DNA of 64,000 nucleotides from Epithemia pelagica (taxonomy: Eukaryota > Protista > Bacillariophyta), in the NCBI GenBank assembly GCA_946965045.2, contig OX337238.1:1860001-1924000 (forward strand), read 5' to 3'. A model generated the notes under the pieces. The model was given only the letters and a program-made list of their open reading frames with translations, made no database searches and was not told the origin of the DNA. Position numbers and translations under genes: made by a program. Shown here piece by piece: positions 33,293 through 46,424 of this stretch (its first letter is position 1; every line of letters begins with the position of its first letter).

Positions 33293-36200
33293 TCAAGAGC
33301 CACTAAAAAGACCTCTTGTGAAGTCGCCAAACTTGTAGCTGGAATTGGAACTTTCTCCGCGACTCTTCTTGCCTCGGGCAACGATACCACGAGAAATATC
33401 ACCAAATCGATAACCCGATTCGTGGCCACGATCCGGCTGCGGAGGGTATGATACATTTCTATTTTGTGTGGATGATGGGAATGGAGAGGCTTCCGTCGAG
33501 GAATGTCTTTGGTGGTGATAGTATTCCAGGTCGTGGTAGTGGTAGTGCTCTGGCGGCAAGGATTGTTGGGGAGGAATAACCTGGTTTGCCTGAGTTTGAG
33601 TCGTATTATGCGGACAAAGTTGAGAGCTCTGATACTCAGGATCCATATGGGGTTTATTTGCTGGGATGGAGACGGTCGCCGGAGGTCTTGAAGGCGAAAG
33701 GGGACCCACTGTTGTGGAAGAGAGTACGGCTGGAGATTGGTTATCTTGGGAAATCTGGTCTGTGCCAGGCAAAAAAGGATCTCTTCCGCGAACACAGGGA
33801 TGTCCCTCAAATTTGATTTGAGAGACTGGAGCCGGAGAATCTGAAAGAAGATGAACTTGTGGGGAGGGAAATGGTGGAGAGTCTGAAAGAAGATCAACTT
33901 GTGGGGAGGGAAATGGTCTTGTCTGATTTTGTAGTATATTTTCAGCGTTCATGAACTCGGCTAACTCTGCATTTTTCTTTGAATCAAGCTCCGAATCATT
34001 TTTCTTTTTGGGATCCCCTGTCATTCGGGCAACAGCTGCCCCAACTGCTTTCCCTCCCACCAGAGCACCTCCAACCATACCAATGGGGCCAGCCATAGCC
34101 AGACCAGCAACCATTCCCAAACCTGATCCTCCGGCAGAAGAAAGTCTAACACGATTCTCTGCTGTGTATTTAGCCGCTGCAGTGGCAGCCCCAGCCGTAA
34201 CATCGCCAACCCTGTAAGAGCAATCTCCGCGCATACTCGCGCCTTTAGAAGCCGCTTTACTCACTGATGCAGCTATGCCCCTACTAACGTCACCGAACTT
34301 GTATCTATCAGAAGCTTCAGCTCCACGCTGTTCCTTGCCGGCAGTTATTGCTGAACCAATGGCATCATAACCAACGACCCCAGCAACAGACCCCCCAATT
34401 GTTGAACTTGTAGCTATAGCAGCAGCCACGGAAGTCACACTGTCGCCAACACTGGTCCCTAATACGTCCGTTTTCAAAAAGAGGTAGGGAATCCGCTTTT
34501 TCACCTGCTTGACGTAGTGATCCGAGAGCGTCTTCGAGTCTGTATTACCACCACCAACGAAGCTACCGACTTTGAGTTGGGCATTGCTCACAGTCGCAAT
34601 TCGACTGGAACAATTGAGTGAAATCTCAAATCCCGAAACTCGAATATTGGGCAGCTTGGAAGTTTTTGAGTCTGACGGATCTGATAGAGGCTCGTTCCAT
34701 TCGTCGGATAATAAGTCGGCAGTAAGCTCAGCGCTTGCGATGTCAATGATCGCGTCGCTGAACATGTCTAGGCGATCTTGATGAAGTGTGACTGATCCCG
34801 ATAACATTGGGATACGAAGCATACTGAGATAGACGAAATCAGCGACTTCGACAATTTCCGTTCTTATCTCTGACCAACCGGCTCTTTGCTCAGCAACAAG
34901 ACTTGTTTTGCCGACAGACACAAGTTTAACCACTTTTCCTGTAAAAGACGCTTGCGAAATGACTAAGCCATCGATAACAAGCTGGATCGGGTATGGGATA
35001 GGATACGTCAGTTTACCAGGATCATCGCCAGTATTTGGTCGATCCATCATCCATTCAATATGAGGACAATGTACCACGATAGCACCTTCTTTCAGAGCCG
35101 CGGTGACATTGTGAAGTGGAGAACACAGAGAACCACCTCCTCCCACAAGCTTTTCAAGTTTCTCAACGGTGAGCGTCATGCTATTTACCCCACCGAAGTA
35201 AGGGAGGCAAAGACGACAAGCTACGCGATCACCACGATGTGTACATTGGGAAATGATTCCGATGCCCTCAGCATGCAAGTGATTTCGAGATACCCCTTCT
35301 TTCAAGAAAGTGAAAGCTTTGCATGCAAGGCTCCACTCTGTCATCTCCGATCCTAGTGGTCTGTAGACAAATTTCAATTCGTCGAGGTTCATGTTGTGCC
35401 ATAAATCGAACTCATTGTGACCAAAAGCAGGAACATAACGTAATCGTGCAGCCTTTAATGCAAAATCGACTCCAAATGGGAGTTCCATTAGGACGGAGGT
35501 GTTTGTGGCCGATCGGTCTTGTGCAGGCGCATCTTGATGGCCAGCGCCGACCATGTTATGGAAGAAGTCAACAGCTAGTACCGAGAAGTTTACGGAAAGA
35601 AGATTGCCAACGTATGACATAGATACTTTTTCAACCGGGGACGAAACTTGGAAAAGCCGAGATGCCGACGCTTCAACTATCGTGCACGTGAAATGAATAT
35701 CAGGGTTCCGTGAAGTTGGACCAGTCATTGATAATGATTGCAGACACATCCTGTTGGTATCAGAGAAGAAGTTACGAAAATCGACTTCATTGATATGAGA
35801 CACCATGCCATTTGTTTCTATCTCTCTCACTGAGATCTGACCGCCATCATCCTTAACGTTGACTAAACAAGATTCCATGCGCAGACGACACTGTCCAGGT
35901 CTGTGCGGCTCTTCGTTGGTCGATCCGGTATCGATGGCAACAAACAGAGTCTGAGTGTCGTTGTAAAACCCGTGAAGGGAAGAAAGAACTGCCAAAGAAG
36001 AAAGTTCGATCGAAACATCGCCGAGCACGGAAAATACATGCCCATCTTGAGAAGTACATGCAGATGGCACAACCAGACATATCCCTCCAGATGGGAAACG
36101 TTGGACAATTTGTAATCTATCCCATCCCACAGTGACAGGAAGTCCGCCAGAATGCTCAACTGTCGTTGGATGGTCAACTGGACTAAGGCAAAGGTGATCC

Positions 36201-39200
36201 ACAGCTACATCAGTCGATGAGTCGCTGGGAGTTCTCAGGCACAAACCGATTTCACCCTCAAATAAAAGTCTTCCTCTCTCTTTCGGTTGAAGGTTAACGT
36301 TGAAGTCTTGGTGACTAGATGAAATCACGAAGCCATTCCCGTTGTCTACCTCAATTGCTTTGTATCGGAGCGAAGCAATATATATCCCATCCTCGACATC
36401 CTTTCGTTTGGTCCTTAGTTCCATATCATCAATCATCAAACGCCACGTAGAAATTCCGACTTTGTGCTTTTCTGGAAAAGTATTCTGGTTGTCGGACCCT
36501 TTCAATGATATCGCAGCGAAAGTGATTAGTGGTGAATGTACGGAAAAGTTGTCTACATCGTACGTCAATGTTACGTTGTCCAGCCTGGACGAGAGGCGAC
36601 AAAACCCGCTTATGCATGCATTTTCCATTCCAACTCTTGTCACGAAAGTCGCGTTCTTGTCAATGGAAGAACAAAGAGAGAGCGATTCTATACGTGAAAG
36701 TTCTCCACCGTTTCGCCCAACTGTGAGGAAATCACAAGTGAGATCCATGCCCCGAGCCTCAACTCCTGCGATATCAATCTGCGACAGCTCGTCCTGGAAA
36801 GACAAGGTGCATTTGTTGAAGCGAATGGGAAAATCAAGCCCAGGAGCAGGAGAGGTTGGCGTAGGAGAACTCTCATGGTTAGAGATAAAAGATACATCTC
36901 GACAGAAAGCAAAAAAGGACGTCGCAATTGCCAACGAAGAAAGTTGAATTGAAACGTCATCAGGGAATGAAATCTTTCGTCTGTCGTTCGACGAGACGCA
37001 GGCACCCATGCCGATGTCCATTCTCCCCGTTGGTGTCATGTAATGCACTTCCAAAGCTCTCCATCCAATTCCCAGAGGAAGACTTGAACTTATCGATTGT
37101 TCCGAAACTTCCTTGTCAATTGCGAGAGACGACACAACAAAATCAATCCATTCGTGGTTGTGACAACCCCTCTTTACGCATCCATCGATTGATCCTTCAA
37201 CAGTGACTCGTAATCTCTCATGAAAATGTGACCGAATGCAAAAAGTTTCCGAGTGAGAGGATGAGACCAAAAGATCTCCGTACCGAGCTTCTACATATCT
37301 GAATCCCATTGAAGCTTCAACGTATTTGCCGTTGTTTTCAATTGACGGGCTGAGAGACACTCGCAGCGATTCTACCGCAACAGAAGCCTTCATTGTTTCA
37401 AGATGTTGCAGTAAGACAAGCTTTCCCAGATTCATCTTGATTTCGATTGGAATATCAACATGCTCAAATGGACTGTCACCATGAAAGCCGCGCCCTTTCT
37501 TTTCCGTCTCTCTAGGAAGGTCTCGGAATGAGATCTTGACGTCGTTTGGGATATCACAAGACAGAGTTTTCGTGTCTAGAGCTATCTGGACATTGTGTAT
37601 AGGTTCAACAAGTTCGCCAACACTGGGAAGGACAAAACGAGATACATCAAAATTGAGCATTCCTGTTTGTAGGTCTGGTGAGGACAGTTGAACCTTGAAG
37701 AATTGAGCCGAGAGGCCCTCGATCATTCCCGAAATGTTTACTGTGACAAATGAGATAGAGCCTGAAGGAAAAGCCTCAATCTGCTCAACATCAATCTGTC
37801 CGGGGTTCAATCCTCGCACTACAACTTGAACTCCCGGAACAGCGCAAGCGAATGGAAGTTCAAACGAAGAAAAAGACATGCTGTCTTCTGCCGTAGGTGG
37901 TTCAGTTCTGAGAATATCCAAAACCTCAGTGAGAATTGCCGAAACTTCCGTTCCCACCTCAATTGGAGGACGTTCCAGGATTACGGATACGAGGTCATTC
38001 AACCTCAGGCTGGGCGCGTGTTGATCTTCGAAGATACCAGATGGAATTGTTAACTTAAAAGACGATGAGGTCAGAGCAATTGCGTTCCATGTGATGGCCC
38101 GAAAGGTATGGTCACCGCGAGCCTTGACCATGGATAGGGCGGCATGGATCCAGCAACCATCGGCACCCTTCCATTTGAGGGAAACTTGCTCACCACCATC
38201 AACAAACCACGAAGTTCCTTGGGCAACGCTGGAAACATCATGAGTTTCCTCGGAACCGTACACTGAGACAACAGACCATGATTCCCTGATTCCATCCACT
38301 AGACATTTGACTTGTTGTGCATCGAACTCGATATGAACCGAAGCTGATGAAGCAATGAGAGAATCTTGCTCAACTGAATCGCACAATGCATCTTCAAACT
38401 CCGCCTGAGCTACCCCAACACGACTGGTGAATATATCTGCATACAGCGGATGCTTAGACTGAATGATCGGCTTTTCATCCAAGTAAAGGCCTCCACTGCA
38501 CTGGATGGTGCATACCGACGCGTCAAAGTGGTAACTCAATTCACAACCACGAAAAGACACGGGAATACCATTCTCAAGAACACATCCTATGGAAGGTATT
38601 TGCAACTTGAGTTGGCTCGAATCTTGTTGTTTTGTAAGGGCACTAAAAGTGGTGGTCGAATCACCTGTTTCGCCCATCGTCTCTCGTACCAAAGACAATA
38701 CTGCTTGCGCTTGTACAGGTCCAATATGCACATTGATCGGGGTGCTCTGATATCCTTGAATCAATAATCCCGTTACGAAACCATCTACAAAACGCCGGCC
38801 TGATACTCTCGTTATTTGTGCCGCTCCACTCCATTCGTCAATCAAGGCGAGTTCATGCCATTCTGCCTTGTTGTCATTATCTTGTTCAAGCTTCCGTACA
38901 TAGGCTCGCAACTCCACCAATTCGAGACGTTGATCTAGCTTCGATTCATTTTCAGCCAGTGTTTGCAGATTAGCACGTTCCAACTTGATGTCAACTGACG
39001 TGTCCTTGTCAACTTCGAGTGAAATGCACACATTGGTGACAACGACAGTCAAATGATCCATAATTTGTTGAAAGTACTTAGTTTTCCAAGAACTTGCGTC
39101 TGCAGGTTCTTTCTGTTCCCTTTGTTGTGCATTCTCGACGTTGGCATTTGACTCATCACGGTTGGTATCGACTTCTGCATTGTTTGTCGTCTTTGTTGAC

Positions 39201-39463
39201 GGTGAAATAACAATATTGACACCACAAACATGTAGGGTTACATCCGTAATACCTGTTGAACTCCATGCCCAGTTCAGTTTGATGGATTCAATATGTCCAC
39301 CATAGTGACGTGTTGTTACATTTTTAAGAGATATTCCTGATTCTTGAAACAAGTTTGTTTCAATCGCCGACGGATCGACATGGAACCATTCTGCGAGATT
39401 TTGTGCAAGGTACGAAGCTAGCCAGGCTTTGGGAGAAACAAAGGAACTCAGAGAGGAAAACAT
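33293..39463 (-). CDS. ATG2/VPS13-like (chorein-N, repeating beta-groove) lipid-transfer protein, 2056 aa
   Basis: N-terminal chorein-like start (SYLAQNLAEWFHVD...GISLKNV), a long beta-rich body and a C-terminal amphipathic Gly/Ala-rich region (DAIGSAITAGKEQRG). Uninterrupted 6.2-kb ORF. Confidence 0.65.
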   Translation of the reverse strand: MFSSLSSFVSPKAWLASYLAQNLAEWFHVDPSAIETNLFQESGISLKNVTTRHYGGHIESIKLNWAWSSTGITDVTLHVCGVNIVISPSTKTTNNAEVDTNRDESNANVENAQQREQKEPADASSWKTKYFQQIMDHLTVVVTNVCISLEVDKDTSVDIKLERANLQTLAENESKLDQRLELVELRAYVRKLEQDNDNKAEWHELALIDEWSGAAQITRVSGRRFVDGFVTGLLIQGYQSTPINVHIGPVQAQAVLSLVRETMGETGDSTTTFSALTKQQDSSQLKLQIPSIGCVLENGIPVSFRGCELSYHFDASVCTIQCSGGLYLDEKPIIQSKHPLYADIFTSRVGVAQAEFEDALCDSVEQDSLIASSASVHIEFDAQQVKCLVDGIRESWSVVSVYGSEETHDVSSVAQGTSWFVDGGEQVSLKWKGADGCWIHAALSMVKARGDHTFRAITWNAIALTSSSFKLTIPSGIFEDQHAPSLRLNDLVSVILERPPIEVGTEVSAILTEVLDILRTEPPTAEDSMSFSSFELPFACAVPGVQVVVRGLNPGQIDVEQIEAFPSGSISFVTVNISGMIEGLSAQFFKVQLSSPDLQTGMLNFDVSRFVLPSVGELVEPIHNVQIALDTKTLSCDIPNDVKISFRDLPRETEKKGRGFHGDSPFEHVDIPIEIKMNLGKLVLLQHLETMKASVAVESLRVSLSPSIENNGKYVEASMGFRYVEARYGDLLVSSSHSETFCIRSHFHERLRVTVEGSIDGCVKRGCHNHEWIDFVVSSLAIDKEVSEQSISSSLPLGIGWRALEVHYMTPTGRMDIGMGACVSSNDRRKISFPDDVSIQLSSLAIATSFFAFCRDVSFISNHESSPTPTSPAPGLDFPIRFNKCTLSFQDELSQIDIAGVEARGMDLTCDFLTVGRNGGELSRIESLSLCSSIDKNATFVTRVGMENACISGFCRLSSRLDNVTLTYDVDNFSVHSPLITFAAISLKGSDNQNTFPEKHKVGISTWRLMIDDMELRTKRKDVEDGIYIASLRYKAIEVDNGNGFVISSSHQDFNVNLQPKERGRLLFEGEIGLCLRTPSDSSTDVAVDHLCLSPVDHPTTVEHSGGLPVTVGWDRLQIVQRFPSGGICLVVPSACTSQDGHVFSVLGDVSIELSSLAVLSSLHGFYNDTQTLFVAIDTGSTNEEPHRPGQCRLRMESCLVNVKDDGGQISVREIETNGMVSHINEVDFRNFFSDTNRMCLQSLSMTGPTSRNPDIHFTCTIVEASASRLFQVSSPVEKVSMSYVGNLLSVNFSVLAVDFFHNMVGAGHQDAPAQDRSATNTSVLMELPFGVDFALKAARLRYVPAFGHNEFDLWHNMNLDELKFVYRPLGSEMTEWSLACKAFTFLKEGVSRNHLHAEGIGIISQCTHRGDRVACRLCLPYFGGVNSMTLTVEKLEKLVGGGGSLCSPLHNVTAALKEGAIVVHCPHIEWMMDRPNTGDDPGKLTYPIPYPIQLVIDGLVISQASFTGKVVKLVSVGKTSLVAEQRAGWSEIRTEIVEVADFVYLSMLRIPMLSGSVTLHQDRLDMFSDAIIDIASAELTADLLSDEWNEPLSDPSDSKTSKLPNIRVSGFEISLNCSSRIATVSNAQLKVGSFVGGGNTDSKTLSDHYVKQVKKRIPYLFLKTDVLGTSVGDSVTSVAAAIATSSTIGGSVAGVVGYDAIGSAITAGKEQRGAEASDRYKFGDVSRGIAASVSKAASKGASMRGDCSYRVGDVTAGAATAAAKYTAENRVRLSSAGGSGLGMVAGLAMAGPIGMVGGALVGGKAVGAAVARMTGDPKKKNDSELDSKKNAELAEFMNAENILQNQTRPFPSPQVDLLSDSPPFPSPQVHLLSDSPAPVSQIKFEGHPCVRGRDPFLPGTDQISQDNQSPAVLSSTTVGPLSPSRPPATVSIPANKPHMDPEYQSSQLCPHNTTQTQANQVIPPQQSLPPEHYHYHDLEYYHHQRHSSTEASPFPSSTQNRNVSYPPQPDRGHESGYRFGDISRGIVARGKKSRGESSNSSYKFGDFTRGLFSGS

Positions 39464-40148
39464 GGAACGTTCTCGAGTATTTATTCAGCTTTTCCTCCAC
39501 ATTTATTTTTCATGCGAAAATGAATGAGACCTTCTTGTGGCTTTGTGGTTCTTGTCGTATCTTTGGGTCGTGCGAAAGGGGTCACACTGTTCTTGGAAGA
39601 TGATGATGTCTTTGTTATAATACGCCCAAGCGCATTATTTTATAGCCGCTCGGGATCAGAAAATAATAGATAAAACAGAGTTATAAAACGGAACCTTGAG
39701 CCCGGGACATACCACGCTGGGAAGTAGTCATGTGTCGGACTAGGCGCGACTCTTTTTTGGATGGCATAGTTGTAGGAAGATGCGAGAAGGCTGAAGGCAG
39801 CACTTCATTCTCTAGGTAGTTTGTACTCCTAGTTTGGACCTGTCCCACTCCCAAGGGACTCTTCAAGGACAGTACGTATATGGAACCATGCTGACTGGAA
39901 CTGAAGCTGCTCAATCTGAAGGATGCCTCGGCCGGCATCCAAATGTGGTCGAGCTCAAGTGTTGCAAAGTAGTCTGCCCGACTTCGCTCGCCCTCATTCA
40001 GTATTCGAGTTCATTTACAAGATTCAGCATAGACTTCCAAATCTGAATTATGGATATAATTCGAAGGTGTAATATTAGAATACGGTTACCGTTGAACAAC
40101 CTGCGAAAACGAACGCTTTAAGTCTCAGAAAAGCTACGAGGCAGTCTC

Positions 40149-42628
<2,480 letters not shown>

Positions 42629-43048
42629 GTTGGACTTATTGAATACCTCTCACAAGCCGTTCCTTTCTATCCTTCCTGTCTTGGAGGGATGAATGGAACG
42701 AGAAAAGGCGCGTCTTTGGTTGGTGTGGCAGGAACACGCGTAAGAACTTCTCTACCACGTCTTGCTATCCCTTAGCGGGGACCGATATGAGGTTGTACCT
42801 ATTCTAGAAACTAATATACCTCTTAATCACGGAAACCGTTGGGGTGTTCCGTAGTAGCTAGGAGTAACCTTATAGGAGTAATATATTATCCACTTTGTGG
42901 TTGCAATTGGATATTGGATTGGTGTAGTGAGACATGAGAGCCCAAAAAACCATACCAAGCGAGAAGATCAACATCCGATATTGTACTTTGCTTCTTCTTT
43001 AAATCCCTTGAAGTATCACAGGGTCGTTACCTAGATCGCAGGTATGCT

Positions 43049-44578
43049 TTATTCTACTGCTTCTCCGTGGACACGAAGACGATATAAGCATGTGTAGTTT
43101 GGGTTGCCGTGATTCTCCAGAACTTCGAGACGAAGAGCCGCAAGCATATCATCACGTGTAATCGGGGTTTCGAGTGGATTCGCAACACATGAGGTAGCAG
43201 TTTCCTCATCGTCATGAGAATTTGGCGCTGAACAAGAACCCTCGTCGTTTTTCTCGAATTCGCTCTCAGTTTTCGCTTCGTCATATTGTACATAAACTGT
43301 TTTTGTGTCACCAGATGCCAGGTCAAACTCAAATTGAAAAACAGGAATAGGGCTGTCAGAATCGAAAGTTAAGCCGTTGCACTTGTTGTCGTTGCACGGT
43401 GGATAACCAACGACTTTTATCCGTTTTGGAGCTGCGCTGTAATCTCCATTCAGCAGCAAGTTTGACCTCACGTGATCGATCGATACGGCAGACAAAGATA
43501 TGGGATATGGTAACGCAATGGTGACGAACCCCTTGCCACCCTGCAGAGGCCAACATGATCCCGGGAAAACGAGTGGGTGGAGAACCATCTCTGGTCGATT
43601 GATGACATGGCTCGATGAGGATGAAGAGAAGAAGTTGGACAACGGTTGACCCATAACATTTGCTGGCATTTCAAACTCAGGGCCAAACTGCTCTCGGAGA
43701 TATTCAAACGCGTCGATCCAATCATCGGGAACATAGTTTTTCCACCAATCTGTATTTGTGTTCCCATCAACTGTGCGAGGGTGCTCTGGATGGAAGGTTT
43801 CCGATGTAAACCCATGGACAATCCAAGCTCCATTTGAAGCGTGGTCGTATAGTTTCTCTTTTGTGGATTGCAGCAGGTGCTGCTGGATGATTTGTGCAGC
43901 ATGAGTTATTGAAGCACATTGTCCGTTATGAATGTCGTCTGGAGCAGCATTGGTCTCCGATGATGAAAGGGGAACTTCAGGTACTGGAAGTTCATCCACG
44001 CCTCTTCTCAATGCCTCCCGACAAAATTCATATGCATGAGCGTCGTGAGCACTAAATATGCGTTCAGGTGATAGTAAGTGATCAAAGGACTCGGCAGATA
44101 CGAAAGCGTGAGCATCATCGTCATCATTTTCGTCGTTGACATCCACTTCACACTTAGTCATATTCACGGTTTGGTCCCTTGCCTGCATTTCGTAGTCGCG
44201 TGTTTTGATGAGACGATTCTGCAAGTGTTGGACAGCCATGACATTGACTTTACGGCGCAATATCTCATCAACTTGTTGGGTCAATTCAACCAATTCAACA
44301 TGCCGCTGTTGTATAGAATCAATTGTTTCCCGCAACTTCGTCTCCCCCTGAGCCAGAACTTCCTCATCATTTCGAAGCTTTTTATAGTCTTCAAATGCGT
44401 CCGCGACGGCCGATCTTAGACTTGCAATGCTTGGTGATGACGGGGACGACTCCGCTGCTGTTTCTGCTGAATTTTCCTCTTGGCTCCTCACGAAGGGCTC
44501 TGGCAACACCATGAGGGAAAATACAAGAATCTTTGCAAGGCACACGAAGCCATGACGAACATTCGACGTTGATATCAT
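43049..44578 (-). CDS. SUN (Sad1/UNC-84) domain protein with N-terminal hydrophobic segment and coiled coil
   Basis: C-terminal PGSCWPLQG...SAVSIDH...SAAPKRIKVVG...LEVLENHGNPNYTCLYRLRVHG. First in-frame ATG at 44578; the frame stays open upstream to 44716, so the start is uncertain. Confidence 0.85.
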   Translation of the reverse strand: MISTSNVRHGFVCLAKILVFSLMVLPEPFVRSQEENSAETAAESSPSSPSIASLRSAVADAFEDYKKLRNDEEVLAQGETKLRETIDSIQQRHVELVELTQQVDEILRRKVNVMAVQHLQNRLIKTRDYEMQARDQTVNMTKCEVDVNDENDDDDAHAFVSAESFDHLLSPERIFSAHDAHAYEFCREALRRGVDELPVPEVPLSSSETNAAPDDIHNGQCASITHAAQIIQQHLLQSTKEKLYDHASNGAWIVHGFTSETFHPEHPRTVDGNTNTDWWKNYVPDDWIDAFEYLREQFGPEFEMPANVMGQPLSNFFSSSSSSHVINRPEMVLHPLVFPGSCWPLQGGKGFVTIALPYPISLSAVSIDHVRSNLLLNGDYSAAPKRIKVVGYPPCNDNKCNGLTFDSDSPIPVFQFEFDLASGDTKTVYVQYDEAKTESEFEKNDEGSCSAPNSHDDEETATSCVANPLETPITRDDMLAALRLEVLENHGNPNYTCLYRLRVHGEAVE

Positions 44579-44737
44579 CGAAGGCAGCTCTTCAGTTCTC
44601 TTCTGGCGTTTTTTGATCGTCGACAAAATTTTCTGGTTCACAACCCCCGGGGGGCCCTGGGGAAGGGGGGGGGTGTCTGTCGCGATTTCTTTCAGAATTT
44701 TCACAGATTTCTGCCATCACATTAGAATTAGATCACC

Positions 44738-46037
44738 ATGGTCCTCTTGGAAACCCATGCGGAGAAGAAAGCAAAACTAGACGAAAACCCGGTCGTAGAG
44801 CTTAAAAGGCAAGCAGAACGGTACGCGGTGGTATGTCAAAGGAAACGAAAGCCGAAAGAGTCTCCAGATGAAGGTGCTTTCAACACAACCGAGGCAAAGA
44901 AGTCGTTTGAAGTTTGGCTCGAATCTTTACGAGAGGTGATGCCTCTTTGCTATCACGTAGACAAAAAAGGAATGCATACGGACAGACAGTGTACGTGTCT
45001 TGCAGAATGTAACGTTGAGGTCGTGTCCGATTTCATAATAAAGTACTGCTTGGCAACCCCAAATGCTCGAGACATGATGGTTCGAAGTATCCTTCATGAT
45101 GCGGAAGATCTGAAAGAAGAGGGTGAAGCGTTGTGCTACAGAATATTTTCTTCAACAGGTCAAAAAAATCTGTGTCTGGACAGTTTTCTGAACCTACTAA
45201 AAATAGGGTAAGTGGCGACAGTGTCCGCTGTTGCATGGCTCTTTTGTTGTGTTCACACTTTGCGGTTGTTTCGTCAGGGGCACTAAGTACGAAAGTATGA
45301 AGAGGGCGAATGAAGAAGGCGTCGTCGGTCGCCGCATTGATGTCGGAAGCGTCAATAGCACTAGGAACAGCTCTCGCCGAAAATCAGAACCGTTTGTCGT
45401 TGATTTTCTTTGTGAGTTGGCCAAACGAGTTGGTGTCGAACAGACCCATGGCGAAGCTGATGACATCCCTGTTGAGAGCCCACAGATTCTTCTTCCGGAA
45501 ACGTATTCCAAGAAAGGCATCTATCGCGATTTTATCTTTCAACAAGGCTACATTATCTGCGAGCATCGAGGTGGTCCTCGAATGAAAGACTACACCCTGC
45601 GATCTGACAAAGATTGGAACGGGAAATCACCAGGTCCGATATGTTCAATTGCTTGCTTCACTGCGATTTGGCAAAAGGATTGTGGTCATATTCAAATAAA
45701 CAATCAACAAGCGACCAAAAAGGATGCTTCCAAAGATGAACCATTCCAACAGGAGCATGATGAGAATGGAAACCCCATCATTGACAATGGTGGTAATATT
45801 GATGCCGCTTCTCCCCCGCCCAAGAAGAAGCTGAAAACGATACTGTCGGACCGAAGTGGTAATCCTTACACAGCTTTAAGGGAAGCCCACGAGCTGTTGC
45901 TCGAAGAAAATCAGCAGCTACGAGAACGCTCCAAGGACGACAAGGAGTCATTTCAACATGAAATACAGCATCTCAAAGAACGTGTACATTTCTTAGAGAT
46001 GCAGATCCGTTCAGCCCGTGCTCGTAACGCCTTTTAA
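44738..46037 (+). CDS. Two-exon nuclear protein resembling the N-terminal Cys-rich/DNA-binding part of a DNA transposase; exons 44738-45207 and 45278-46037
   Basis: GTAAGT(45208)...CAG(45277) intron joins the frames. Motifs CTCL, LCLDSFLNLLKIG, LLPETYSKKGIY, CFTAIW; NLS PPKKKLK; C-terminal coiled coil; no catalytic domain. Confidence 0.65.
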
Positions 46038-46424
46038 GTGTACATTTCACAGCGAGGAAAGGTCCACTTGAGCGGATGATGGTCATATGATCTTTTGTCA
46101 TCAGGTGTCTCTCTTGCCATCAGCGTTCTGTCATCTCCGATCTGAGGAGGATAGGAAGGAGCCCAAACCCTTTCCATATATCAACAGGGAATTCTGCTTC
46201 GTTGGCTTGAATGATGTCATTTTCCTTAATAGGCCTTCAAAGGCAATACTACAACGGAACTTGGCGGAAGATGAAGCAAACAAAAATATGGCTCAGCAAC
46301 GCCTCGAGTTTTTGGTGGGATGAAGAGAATTGTACAGGGGAGGAAAACTATTGCTACAGAGTACACTACAATTCGTGCGAGCGAACTGTCATCACAATCA
46401 CAGAAGGATAAGCACCAGGATAAA

